Shown here piece by piece: positions 21,901-31,304 of a DNA stretch of 64,000 bases. The position numbers and the translations under genes are program-made. The stretch's first letter is position 1; every line of letters begins with the position of its first letter. Source of the DNA: an uncultured virus (IMG/VR IMGVR_UViG_3300029305_005254). Lineage: Duplodnaviria > Heunggongvirae > Uroviricota > Caudoviricetes. The stretch lies in the IMG/VR virus record IMGVR_UViG_3300029305_005254; one strand, written 5' to 3'. The notes beneath the pieces were generated by a model. That model saw only the letters and a list, made by a program, of their open reading frames with translations, searched no databases and was not told the origin of the DNA.

Positions 21901-22695
21901 TTAGCTGAAAGCATCCATAAAGTATATGAATATATCATAAACCTTACCACTTACTAACCAACCTAATACTATTGCTACAAGGAAAAACACTGGTAATCTT
22001 TTCCTTAAATATATTTGAATACTGCTTTTACTTACATTAGCAATACTACTTTCCACTTCTTTTTGAGATGCCCAAGCTTCGTTACTAACACCCCAAGGTC
22101 TCTCATTAGGCTCTCCTCTTTCCAACAATAATTGTACTCCTGGTAACACCAAATAGCATATATCAAAAACAACACTTAAAGCTATACCTGTTGTTATTAC
22201 AATACAAAACAAACCTAATACAGTACTTATAGGTCCTGAAAAAGGTCTAAACCATTTCTTAGCTTCATATAAATCAGCACTTGTATCTGATTTTAAGTAT
22301 TCTATAGCACTAGATACAGATGTGTCTTGATTTGCTATAAAATTATATACTTTATTTTTTTGAGTTGTAGGAAGATTTGACTCCTTTGTAGTTAAAAGAG
22401 CAGTCTTCATAAACTCTTTTTTCTCTTCTGAATCAAGCTCACTATATAAACCATTATTAAAAGATAAACAACCTGTACTTCCATCATATGATAATATTGT
22501 CTTACTACAAGTATTGTTTGCTACTGCACAAATCCTACTAATCTCAGCAGAATTCTTCATTACTGTAGTAACTGCATCTACACTCCCTGCAGTTACTACT
22601 AATGGTCTTAAAACAAAAAGGATGACTAAAAAAGCCATAAGCCACCCTCTTGTAAACTTTTTACTGACTTTCTTAATCATCCTTATAACCCCCAT
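21901..22695 (-). CDS. Exported two-TM protein, paralogue family member
   Basis: Signal peptide; FSGPI...DICYLVLP...YLRKR-TM; the start may be 22680. Confidence 0.7.
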   Translation of the reverse strand: MGVIRMIKKVSKKFTRGWLMAFLVILFVLRPLVVTAGSVDAVTTVMKNSAEISRICAVANNTCSKTILSYDGSTGCLSFNNGLYSELDSEEKKEFMKTALLTTKESNLPTTQKNKVYNFIANQDTSVSSAIEYLKSDTSADLYEAKKWFRPFSGPISTVLGLFCIVITTGIALSVVFDICYLVLPGVQLLLERGEPNERPWGVSNEAWASQKEVESSIANVSKSSIQIYLRKRLPVFFLVAIVLGWLVSGKVYDIFIYFMDAFS

Positions 22696-22696
22696 C

Positions 22697-23554
22697 TTAA
22701 CCTGTTATTCCTGAAAGTAAATCTAATAACTTTCCTACAAGAGTATATATTTGTCCTTGTACCAAATACAACAAACAAATACTTAATACAACTAATTCTA
22801 TAATTCTGTTCTTAAAGTAAATACCCAATGCATGTTTGCTTTTTCCGTCTGAGTCCTGTTCTGCCTGTCTTACAGAAGAAATAGCTGCGTGAGAAAATAT
22901 TTTAGACACTGGAACTTTACCATCACCATTACCTGTTGCATTATCGTCTACAAATAGTCTAACTGGTGGTATAGTAATGTAGAGAATATCTGCTACAATT
23001 ACAACACCTATCAATGACATTGCTAATATTGAACCTAATGCTAATAAAGTACCTATAGGTCCTGAGAATGGTTGATACCATTTCTTGGCAGTTACAAAGT
23101 CTGGTTTAGTATCTTCTAATACAGTTGCAAGGAATTTACTACCAACACCATCCATAGACTGTAAATGTTTCCACCAATTATCCACTGTCTGGTCAGTTAC
23201 ACCACCATCTCCTACGGATGCGTTAGATGCTTCTGCTATATCTGAAACAACTTCTGTTTGAGCGTCACTAGTTAATGTACTGAATTTAGCTTCATCTAAA
23301 TCATACCCGTCTGCTGGGCTACCTACAAATAACTCTGCCCCTCCAAGATATCCACCACCTGTAGTTTCATAAGTTTTTCCATTAGTGGAAATATCCCTAT
23401 ATACATCAGATGTTAACTCTTTCTGAGCCTCCTCAGAAGATACTGAACCATCAGCAAATACATTTACTATAAACAGATTCATAATTAAGAATACAGAAAC
23501 AACACTTGCAAAAAACAAATACAATCTGCAATCCTGAGTTTTAGTTTTTACCAT
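22697..23554 (-). CDS. Exported two-TM protein, paralogue family member
   Basis: Signal peptide; FSGPI...DILYITIPP...YFKNR-TM. Confidence 0.7.
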   Translation of the reverse strand: MVKTKTQDCRLYLFFASVVSVFLIMNLFIVNVFADGSVSSEEAQKELTSDVYRDISTNGKTYETTGGGYLGGAELFVGSPADGYDLDEAKFSTLTSDAQTEVVSDIAEASNASVGDGGVTDQTVDNWWKHLQSMDGVGSKFLATVLEDTKPDFVTAKKWYQPFSGPIGTLLALGSILAMSLIGVVIVADILYITIPPVRLFVDDNATGNGDGKVPVSKIFSHAAISSVRQAEQDSDGKSKHALGIYFKNRIIELVVLSICLLYLVQGQIYTLVGKLLDLLSGITG

Positions 23555-23576
23555 ATAAATCCTCCTTTTCTAAACC

Positions 23577-24284
23577 CTAACCAAAACTAAATTCTAGTTT
23601 ATACGGTAATAAAGGGTATATTATAATTACTAAATATATAATATTTAAAACCCACAGTAACCCTCTTATCAGTCCTTCCCAAGGTCCATCTGTTGCAAAA
23701 AACTCACTATCAGGCACTAATTGTACCTTCTTCGGTAAGTTTTTAATAATTTTATTTCCCTTGAAAATTTTCTTTAGGGATAAAATTAATAAACTCCAAA
23801 TACCCTCTGGGGTTAATAAATCTAATATGTAATGACTAACAACCCCCAACACTAACCCTGATGTTATCATTCTTAATATAGCAATCTCAGGAGTTTGTAC
23901 TGGAGCTGAAATTAAATAACTAAAAAGCATTAAAAACAATATTAAAAATAAATCTGAGTGCGTTTGCCAACTTCGATGCTTTGCATCAAAAACACCAAGA
24001 ACACCCATATCAGCATTCTTAGTTATCTTTTCTTTCATTTTTCTAGCTTTTGTAGATAAGTGTAAAACTTTGTTTATAATAACACTTATAATATCTCTAG
24101 ATGGAATACTATCTTCGTGGTGGTCCAAATCTGGTAATGTACTACCAAATAATGCAAAAGGGTACATAACTGTTACTTGTAATAAAGGATTTATATTACT
24201 TACTAATAAACCTTTATCATTTAGTATTGTATACCCTGCAAAACAACATAATATTCCTCCTATACGATGCGTTTTTCCTGTCAT
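23577..24284 (-). CDS. YdjM-like membrane metal-dependent hydrolase
   Basis: MTGKTH, LPDLDH, HRSWQTHS, SHYILDLLT motifs. Confidence 0.8.
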   Translation of the reverse strand: MTGKTHRIGGILCCFAGYTILNDKGLLVSNINPLLQVTVMYPFALFGSTLPDLDHHEDSIPSRDIISVIINKVLHLSTKARKMKEKITKNADMGVLGVFDAKHRSWQTHSDLFLILFLMLFSYLISAPVQTPEIAILRMITSGLVLGVVSHYILDLLTPEGIWSLLILSLKKIFKGNKIIKNLPKKVQLVPDSEFFATDGPWEGLIRGLLWVLNIIYLVIIIYPLLPYKLEFSFG

Positions 24285-24297
24285 TAGTAATCACCTC

Positions 24298-24762
24298 TTA
24301 TACTAAAGTTTCAGCTTTTCTCTTAAAGCTTCCTGTAGTTATTACCCTAATATCATAACCATCGTATATAGTAGATTTCTTTGCTCTAACTCGTAGATTA
24401 CCGTGGTAATCTTTCTCTAATCTCAATCTTACAATACCTTTAATACTGTAAGCAAACATAGACTTAATATCACTTATAATAGACTCCTCATAAGTAGATA
24501 AAATTCTATATACCACATTTTGACTTTGACCTACCTCTTTTCCTATCTCGTAAGAGATATATGCCAATGTCTCGTGAGTTTCCTCTTTACAACCATATAC
24601 CCTTATATAACAGATATTTAAGAATTTTACTGTTTTACCTTCCGCTATCTTAGTTTGTAAGTAGTTTATGTAAGCAGTCAACACCGAACTTACTACTGTC
24701 TTAGGAAGATTTAGCTTATAACTTAAATCTGTTATTTGTATATCCTTAAATATAGTAACCAT
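24298..24762 (-). CDS. Tandem HU/IHF-like DNA-binding protein
   Basis: Two repeats of an HU-like helix-helix-beta pattern; start moved to the ATG at 24762. Confidence 0.5.
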   Translation of the reverse strand: MVTIFKDIQITDLSYKLNLPKTVVSSVLTAYINYLQTKIAEGKTVKFLNICYIRVYGCKEETHETLAYISYEIGKEVGQSQNVVYRILSTYEESIISDIKSMFAYSIKGIVRLRLEKDYHGNLRVRAKKSTIYDGYDIRVITTGSFKRKAETLV

Positions 24763-24772
24763 ATACAACCTC

Positions 24773-25051
24773 CTATAACTCGATTTCCCTTAACTTGGCT
24801 GAGAAAAGACTATCTGACTCTTGACTTATCTCGTACTTAGATTTTAAAGGCTCTTCTATAACCACAATAGCCACATACTGTAAGTCTTTACCTACTACTT
24901 CAAAAAGTAGTTTATCTCCTGCCTCTTTAAGGTGAGTATCACAAGCAGAGAGTATTGAATTCTTTACTCTCTGCTTATTTATCAACTCTTGAGTTTGACT
25001 GTTATGGGATTTTGCATACTTTTCTTTTAAATACTCAGTTATTTCTCCCAT
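24773..25051 (-). CDS. Hypothetical protein
   Basis: GGAGG RBS, 92 aa. Confidence 0.65.
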   Translation of the reverse strand: MGEITEYLKEKYAKSHNSQTQELINKQRVKNSILSACDTHLKEAGDKLLFEVVGKDLQYVAIVVIEEPLKSKYEISQESDSLFSAKLREIEL

Positions 25052-25063
25052 ACAAACCTCCTA

Positions 25064-25858
25064 TTACTTAGGCATTGACTCATTAACTCCACCCATAATC
25101 TTTAAGAACCATTCTGCAAGGTTTACACCTGTACCCAATAATATTGAACTTGTAAGCACAATTACGCAGATTGCAAGAAGAATCATGAAGAATACTCTCT
25201 TCTTAAAATACTCAAAGATTACAGACTTCATAGGCATATTCTGAGGCATACCTGTCATAGCTCCTGGCATAGCACTTGGTGCTTGAGAACTACCACCTAG
25301 CATTGCTGCACAAGCAACTGCTTCATCAGATATCCACTGAGTAGGCTTTGATGTACCACCTGCTGCTGTGCCCATTTGAGCTCCCATAGCCATTCCCATT
25401 CCTCTGCCATAGCCACCCATTCCATATCCTGTACCATAACCACCCTGAGTGTAAGCACCTGTACCATCTGTTCCTGCTTTATACAAAAGATTTCTTGTAG
25501 GTGGTATTACAATATAAATTAAATCTAATGCTGTTATTACAAACACACCTGCAAAAACAAGTATTACACCACCACCAACAATATATCCAAAGATATTTGT
25601 TAAAGGTGATAACTTTTTATCAGCATCAGCTAATTGGTCTCCTGTAAAACCTTCCTTATCTTTTATGTAATCACTTAAAGCACTTGAACCTGAATCCCCT
25701 GAAGAATCATCTGTCTGCTCTTCACCATCTACAGAATCCTCTAAACCATTTGCCTTAGTTTCAATTACAACACCATTATTGTTTACGGGCAATGTGAATA
25801 CTCCTGCAGATAACATCAAAGGTATTAATGATACAATTAAGAATTTCTTTACGGACAT
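25064..25858 (-). CDS. Exported two-TM protein with Gly/Met-rich loop, paralogue family member
   Basis: Signal peptide; DLIYIVIPP...WISDEA...YFKKR-TM. Confidence 0.7.
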   Translation of the reverse strand: MSVKKFLIVSLIPLMLSAGVFTLPVNNNGVVIETKANGLEDSVDGEEQTDDSSGDSGSSALSDYIKDKEGFTGDQLADADKKLSPLTNIFGYIVGGGVILVFAGVFVITALDLIYIVIPPTRNLLYKAGTDGTGAYTQGGYGTGYGMGGYGRGMGMAMGAQMGTAAGGTSKPTQWISDEAVACAAMLGGSSQAPSAMPGAMTGMPQNMPMKSVIFEYFKKRVFFMILLAICVIVLTSSILLGTGVNLAEWFLKIMGGVNESMPK

Positions 25859-25870
25859 AACCTTTCCTCC

Positions 25871-27151
25871 TTATTTTTCTACTTTTTCTAGGTTAAAGAA
25901 ATCTGCTAAATCATTAACAGAAACCTCCTGCATCTCAGACTCAATAGATTTCTCCCCTTCCTTAAGTTTAAATAATTCTAAATTTTTAAGGTTATCATTT
26001 CTCATTAAACGCTCATCTTCTACAGTAATAACGTCTTCCTTTATAACTGTAGTAGATGAATCTTCTACAGATTTTCTACAATACATGAAAGAGAGTAAAT
26101 TAGCTTCTACATTACCCTGTAACATATGTTTTAATTGACCTAAAATAACACTTATCTGTTCTGGGTTAAATCTCTTAAAAAGCTTTAAATAAGATTGTAT
26201 CTCTTCTACCGATAAACCTTCCACATCTACACTATTAACAACATATAACCCACGCACAGTAAAATTTATTAAAGTATTTACAAACTGTTTAAAGTCAAAT
26301 TGCATTTTTATCTTATAAAGCACATTAACATACTCTACATAGTTCTCTGTACAATAAGCTTCATAGAAATCAAATATTATGTTATCTGATACCTGTTTAA
26401 ATTCCGTACTAACATTAACTGCAGATGCATCTCCCCTAGTATTTAAAACAGTTTCAAGATTGTTTAAAGAATCTCTAACAACATTATCTGACCTAGCAGA
26501 AATCATTCTCAACCCTGCTAAATCATAATTCTTATCTTCATTAAGACATACCCTTTGTAATAAATCTACTATATCTTTTGTTCTAGGCTTTGTTACCCTT
26601 AATTTAAGTTGACATCTATTTTTAATTGTGTCTAATAAGTTCTCTGGGTTAGTAGTACATATAATTATTAAAACTCCTTCAGGTGGTTCTTCAAAAGACT
26701 TTAACAATCTTCCCATAGCTCCTCCTGACAACAAATGAGCCTCGTCTATAATGTATACCTTCCAATCACAACTCATAGGTGGGTATTCCATACTACTTAA
26801 CATGGAATCCATATCCTTCTTTCCTGAACTATCAGATGCATCTATCTCATAAATATCTGGCAACATCTCAGCATTACCTGTTGTAATATACTCATTAAAG
26901 AATTGGCAAGTAGCACATTCATTACATGCACTCCCATCTTCTTGCCTGTCTTCACAACAATACTCTTTTGCTAATATTCGTGCTAAAGTAGTCTTACCAC
27001 AACCACTTGAACCCTCTAAAAGAATAGTTTGTGGTTTTTTACCCATTAAAGAACGTCTTACTGTCTCTTTTATATCTTCATTACCTATGTACCCTGCTAG
27101 GCTTGTAGGTCTATATTTTCTTGCAAAACTTTTATTGTCCTCTTGTACCAT
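25871..27151 (-). CDS. dnaX: DNA polymerase III gamma/tau clamp-loader subunit
   Basis: ARKYRP, GSSGCGKTT, four-Cys zinc module, IIDEAH, EEPP, NRC; start moved to 27151 (GGAGG 8 nt upstream). Confidence 0.9.
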   Translation of the reverse strand: MVQEDNKSFARKYRPTSLAGYIGNEDIKETVRRSLMGKKPQTILLEGSSGCGKTTLARILAKEYCCEDRQEDGSACNECATCQFFNEYITTGNAEMLPDIYEIDASDSSGKKDMDSMLSSMEYPPMSCDWKVYIIDEAHLLSGGAMGRLLKSFEEPPEGVLIIICTTNPENLLDTIKNRCQLKLRVTKPRTKDIVDLLQRVCLNEDKNYDLAGLRMISARSDNVVRDSLNNLETVLNTRGDASAVNVSTEFKQVSDNIIFDFYEAYCTENYVEYVNVLYKIKMQFDFKQFVNTLINFTVRGLYVVNSVDVEGLSVEEIQSYLKLFKRFNPEQISVILGQLKHMLQGNVEANLLSFMYCRKSVEDSSTTVIKEDVITVEDERLMRNDNLKNLELFKLKEGEKSIESEMQEVSVNDLADFFNLEKVEK

Positions 27152-27177
27152 ATTATAAACCTCCTGTATTTTATATA

Positions 27178-27206
27178 ATTTTACCATATCTTATATAATA
27201 ATACAA
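27178..27206 (-). promoter_or_regulatory. SigA-type promoter for the dnaX/transfer operon
   Basis: TTGTAT-17-(TGG)TAAAAT. Confidence 0.65.
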
Positions 27207-27215
27207 GTCATTAAT

Positions 27216-27253
27216 AAAAAAGAGCAGATGCTCCAAATAGAGTATCTGCTCTT
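27216..27253 (-). terminator. Rho-independent terminator
   Basis: 14-bp stem AAGAGCAGATACTC/GAGCATCTGCTCTT with one mismatch, then a U tract. Confidence 0.8.
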
Positions 27254-27284
27254 GTAGAGAAGTGACTTACTAATCTAACCGATA

Positions 27285-28076
27285 TTAAGCCTTCTTGCTC
27301 ATAGCAATCTGTAAGAATGCTGCTGCACCTGCGTTTCTCTTCTCAGCTGCTGAAGCAGAACCACCTGCTCTTACTGCTGTAGAAACATAATCCTTGCAAA
27401 GTGGCTGGAACTTCTCGAAACCTGCAAGTACCTTTCTGTGCTTTCTCTTAGCCTTAGTAACTGGGTCCTCTGAAGTAGTGAACTCAAGTACTGGGATGAT
27501 AGCAACGTCCTTAATAGAACCTGTAGTAGCTCTTAAAGCGATAGATGGGATAGCTGACTGTGAAAGAGTCTTAGCTACTGCACCATTACCTGCTACCTTT
27601 CTATTAGTTGCGTAAGAACAAGTTACAGGAATCTGTCCACCTGTTGCCTTACCATTGAACTCCTCTCTTGAGATAAGAAGTCCTGTCTCGAACTTAGTAA
27701 GATCGAATGTCTCACCAGCCTTAACCTTTCTAGTAGCTGATGGATCACCTGTGTAAGACATAAGATTCTTCTTGAAATCCTCGCCTGGCTTAACATCAGG
27801 AATGTCAAGATCTACATCTGCAACAAATCTGTAACCTACGATGATTGGATCAACCTTCTTGCCCTTTGTTCCATCTGGCTTATCGAAATAAGTAACATCA
27901 TCCTGTGATGGGTCACCAAGTGGTGCTACGAACTTAAGCTTATCAGAAAGCTTACCAAGATTCTCCTGGTTTACTGGTGCTACAGTCTGCTCAGCCTGAA
28001 CTACTGCGTTTGTCTTAGTTGCTACTTCCTCTGCTGGTGCTGCTGCACCATTTTTTCCTTTTACTGTTAATGGCAT
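27285..28076 (-). CDS. Hypothetical, probably abundant, Ala/Lys-rich protein (monocistronic)
   Basis: Own promoter and terminator; strong RBS; visibly higher GC with AAG and C-ending codons. Confidence 0.8.
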   Translation of the reverse strand: MPLTVKGKNGAAAPAEEVATKTNAVVQAEQTVAPVNQENLGKLSDKLKFVAPLGDPSQDDVTYFDKPDGTKGKKVDPIIVGYRFVADVDLDIPDVKPGEDFKKNLMSYTGDPSATRKVKAGETFDLTKFETGLLISREEFNGKATGGQIPVTCSYATNRKVAGNGAVAKTLSQSAIPSIALRATTGSIKDVAIIPVLEFTTSEDPVTKAKRKHRKVLAGFEKFQPLCKDYVSTAVRAGGSASAAEKRNAGAAAFLQIAMSKKA

Positions 28077-28151
28077 ATCTTTATCCTCCTTGTATTAAAA
28101 ATTTTTTCTAACCGAGTGGCTAATGCCTACCACCCCGTTGACTATGAACAT

Positions 28152-28180
28152 ATATTAGCATAACAAAATCCAAAAAGCAA
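28152..28180 (-). promoter_or_regulatory. SigA-type promoter followed by a 5' UTR hairpin (28111-28140)
   Basis: TTGCTT-17-(TGC)TAATAT; AACGGGGTGG/CCACTCGGTT imperfect stem. Confidence 0.5.
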
Positions 28181-28353
28181 CTCCAAATTAACAAAAATTA
28201 CCCTAAAAACTACATTTTTACACTCTGCACAAATATTTAGCTGAAATACTGCGGTTATATTGTACAAACTGCACAAAAAATCAAGCTAAATTCTATATCA
28301 AAGGTGCTATAATATAATCTCTTAGAAATCCTTCTTAATTATTTATATACTTC

Positions 28354-29025
28354 TTAATTGTTGGATATTGTTGTAATACTAATCCCACCTAATGAGTCCA
28401 TTTGGTAAGTAACTTTAAGACTATCACCTGTAGCAAGGGCATCCCAAGTCTTACGTGGACAATAATAACTGCAGAAAATATTCTGGTCATTACCCATCAC
28501 AAGTATTAATCTTACTTCATACAAGTAACTATCTTTTACATAATAAATAGATTTACCTGAAACTACTCCTGATGATGTAATAGGTTCTCCTAATACTGGT
28601 TCTTGAACCTCTACCAATGAATTATCTTCTTTAGCAACTTCTGTTGAAACCTGCTCTGTAGAGCCACTCTCTGTAGTAACAACTTCCGTTGAAACCTCGG
28701 TTGCAATTTCATCAGCCGAAACAGACTCCGTAGTCAAATCTACAACAGAATTATCTGAATTCTCGACAGATACTTCATTACCATTTGAAACATCTTCTAA
28801 TATCAATGCTTCTGTAGTAACTTTAGCACTCTCAGTTGTTGAAGATTTATTAATTCTTTTAGAAATAGAACAACTTCTAACAAATAATAGTATTACAAGA
28901 ATAAGAACAAGTAATGCTATAAATACTGCTCCTGTCTTCTTTTTACTCCATGCTACTGGTTCTATATCTTCTTGAGGTGTTGTATTATCTGGCTCGAAAT
29001 CGTTTGGATTAAAATTTCCATCCAT
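28354..29025 (-). CDS. Membrane-anchored protein with a Ser/Thr/Glu-rich linker
   Basis: Single TM; TTES/STEV repeats; beta-rich C-terminus. Confidence 0.7.
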   Translation of the reverse strand: MDGNFNPNDFEPDNTTPQEDIEPVAWSKKKTGAVFIALLVLILVILLFVRSCSISKRINKSSTTESAKVTTEALILEDVSNGNEVSVENSDNSVVDLTTESVSADEIATEVSTEVVTTESGSTEQVSTEVAKEDNSLVEVQEPVLGEPITSSGVVSGKSIYYVKDSYLYEVRLILVMGNDQNIFCSYYCPRKTWDALATGDSLKVTYQMDSLGGISITTISNN

Positions 29026-29050
29026 ATAATCTCCTCCTTATCTTTCGATA

Positions 29051-29082
29051 ATAAAGGGGTTGATGAATTGTATCAACCCCTT
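29051..29082 (-). terminator. Rho-independent terminator
   Basis: AAGGGGTTGAT/ATCAACCCCTT stem followed by a short U run. Confidence 0.7.
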
Positions 29083-29124
29083 ACAGTGTGATATTTTATA
29101 TTACCTAAGAGATGCTATGTATAA

Positions 29125-30114
29125 TTAAGCAAGTGCCTTGATTACATCCATATCCACAGCTCTGAAAGTCTCTGTGTCAAATGGTGAAAGTACAACCTCG
29201 AAGTTACCATCTCTCTTAGCAACAAGAGCATATACCTTCTCATCGGCATAGTAACCGATTGCATCCTTGTTGCCTGTAATCTTTCTGATATCTCTGTTGC
29301 AAACCTTCTTAATCATATTAAGTGGCTTCATATTGTTATTGATACCACAGAAATATGCGATAAACTCGCCACCTCTTTCAGCAACAAGCTGCACTGGAGT
29401 CTGAGCAACTGCGATACTCTCAGCAATCATACCCTTAGCTTCTGCAATAGCTTCCTCTGGACACTCTTCATCAGGCTCTCTAACTGTAAGCATAGAAATA
29501 AGATATCTGTTATCATCAGATGGTACATTCTTATTGTCCACTGTTACCTTATCGATACCGAAAATACGATTAAGATCTACATTGAATACTACTTCCTCAT
29601 CACTGATGTAACCAATCTTAGAATCAGTTCCACCAAGTACTGCTGCAAGAGAAACAGAATAGTCAAGTCCTGCAATCTTTACAACCTCTTCTAATACTGC
29701 ATTAAGCTCTGCCACATTCTTGCTTGCCATATCATCAACAATAAGCTCAGTATATGCTGCTAAGAAGAAATCAAGGATTCTGTTAACGATGTCATCTGAT
29801 GTGAAAGACATTGAATACTTGAACTTCTTCTCACCCTTAATCTTATTGTTGAGTGAGATGTTTACTACAGAAATAAGCTCATCTCCTGAGCCTGTGCCTG
29901 AAACATAAAGGGATGTTCCTGGAACTGCTATTCCCTCTGGAATAGATGCGATAACATTTGCACGAATCTTCTCTACTGACTGCTTTACAAGTTCCAAATC
30001 ACCTGACTTCATAAACCCTTTAAGGTCAAGGTCTGAAAGAACTCTTGTTCTACGGTCTTCTACCTCAGTTGTGAGAGCATTAAGAGCTCTCTCTTTTACG
30101 TCTGCATTAATCAT
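29125..30114 (-). CDS. Hypothetical, probably highly expressed protein
   Basis: AAGGAG RBS; codon usage like 27285-28076 and parM. Confidence 0.8.
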   Translation of the reverse strand: MINADVKERALNALTTEVEDRRTRVLSDLDLKGFMKSGDLELVKQSVEKIRANVIASIPEGIAVPGTSLYVSGTGSGDELISVVNISLNNKIKGEKKFKYSMSFTSDDIVNRILDFFLAAYTELIVDDMASKNVAELNAVLEEVVKIAGLDYSVSLAAVLGGTDSKIGYISDEEVVFNVDLNRIFGIDKVTVDNKNVPSDDNRYLISMLTVREPDEECPEEAIAEAKGMIAESIAVAQTPVQLVAERGGEFIAYFCGINNNMKPLNMIKKVCNRDIRKITGNKDAIGYYADEKVYALVAKRDGNFEVVLSPFDTETFRAVDMDVIKALA

Positions 30115-30208
30115 TTGCTTTCTCTCCTTTTCATTTTTATTTGCCGATTAGCTGACATAATATAATATAATATTCTAATTAACTCAAAGAGCCTTTTAGA
30201 AATATAAA

Positions 30209-31288
30209 CTATTGTTGTAACTTTTTAACCTTATTAACAAATAATCGTTTCCCTTCAGTTAAAAGCTTATTAGTTACATCCTGTATACTATCTGAAATAT
30301 CTCTTTGACCTTTTGGTATAACCTTTTCTTCCTTTTTACTAACAACATTATCAGAATTTGAATACATACTAAAGGTATCCTCCTCATCTTCTACTATAGA
30401 ATCCTCAAAAAGATTTTCCTTGTCGAAATCATTAAACATAAAATCTTCAACCTTTACTTCAACTTTCTCTTTAGGCTGCCACTCGTCTATGTATATTCCG
30501 TGTATGTCCTCATCTTTTATGTTGTTTGTTACTTTCTTAGGTTTTACCCATAAGTCTATGTATATTCCGTGTACCTCATTATCCGTTACTTCTTCAAAAC
30601 TTTTTTCCTCCTCTTCTTTTACCCACTCATCTATAAAGATTCCGTGTACAATACCATCTGTATTACTTTCCTTAGGAACACTATACTCTTCCTCTCTTGG
30701 ACTAGGTTTAATCCACTCATCAATGAATATACCGTGTACAATATTCCCATCGGATTGTTTTAATTGTACCATATCTGGAACTGAATTGGAATAGCTTTGT
30801 ACAAGATTTAAAAAAGTTTTAGGTGAAATTTGTTCTTCCTGTTCAATAATATCAGGTATTACAGGTTCAAGTACAATTTTCTCTTCAGCAACCTTATCTT
30901 CTTCTAAATCCTCACTAAACAAATCTATGCTCTCATCTAAATCTATACTAGATAACCCCTTTGTTTCTAAAGGAATATTATTTTCTATTTTCTTAGCTCT
31001 ATATCTATCTCCTAAATTTCTTATGCCTTCGATAGTTTGTATAAAATCCTTATAAGCTATCTGCCTTACCTTCTCTTTATAACATTCAGTAAGAATATAG
31101 GGGCTCTCAATACTATACTCAGAGCCACCTATACCCATTACTTGATAGAACCATATTACTTGTTCCAAAGATAAAGCATAATAGAACACATCTTCATAGG
31201 TATTTAATTCACTTACCCTTAATTGGATATTATTTTGTATCATACTATTTCGTATGTTTTCTATGTACCTTTTGTACTCTTGAAACAA
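30209..31288 (-). CDS. Acidic hypothetical protein with four HGI(F/Y)IDxW repeats
   Basis: Repeat visible at both DNA and protein level. Confidence 0.7.
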   Translation of the reverse strand: MFQEYKRYIENIRNSMIQNNIQLRVSELNTYEDVFYYALSLEQVIWFYQVMGIGGSEYSIESPYILTECYKEKVRQIAYKDFIQTIEGIRNLGDRYRAKKIENNIPLETKGLSSIDLDESIDLFSEDLEEDKVAEEKIVLEPVIPDIIEQEEQISPKTFLNLVQSYSNSVPDMVQLKQSDGNIVHGIFIDEWIKPSPREEEYSVPKESNTDGIVHGIFIDEWVKEEEEKSFEEVTDNEVHGIYIDLWVKPKKVTNNIKDEDIHGIYIDEWQPKEKVEVKVEDFMFNDFDKENLFEDSIVEDEEDTFSMYSNSDNVVSKKEEKVIPKGQRDISDSIQDVTNKLLTEGKRLFVNKVKKLQQ

Positions 31289-31304
31289 GATATGTCACCC
31301 TTTC

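Noticed and set aside
1808..27808. Alternative-frame minus-strand ORFs at 1808-2041, 15570-15776 and 27623-27808
   Set aside because: Nested in or overlapping better-supported genes in another frame, with no RBS
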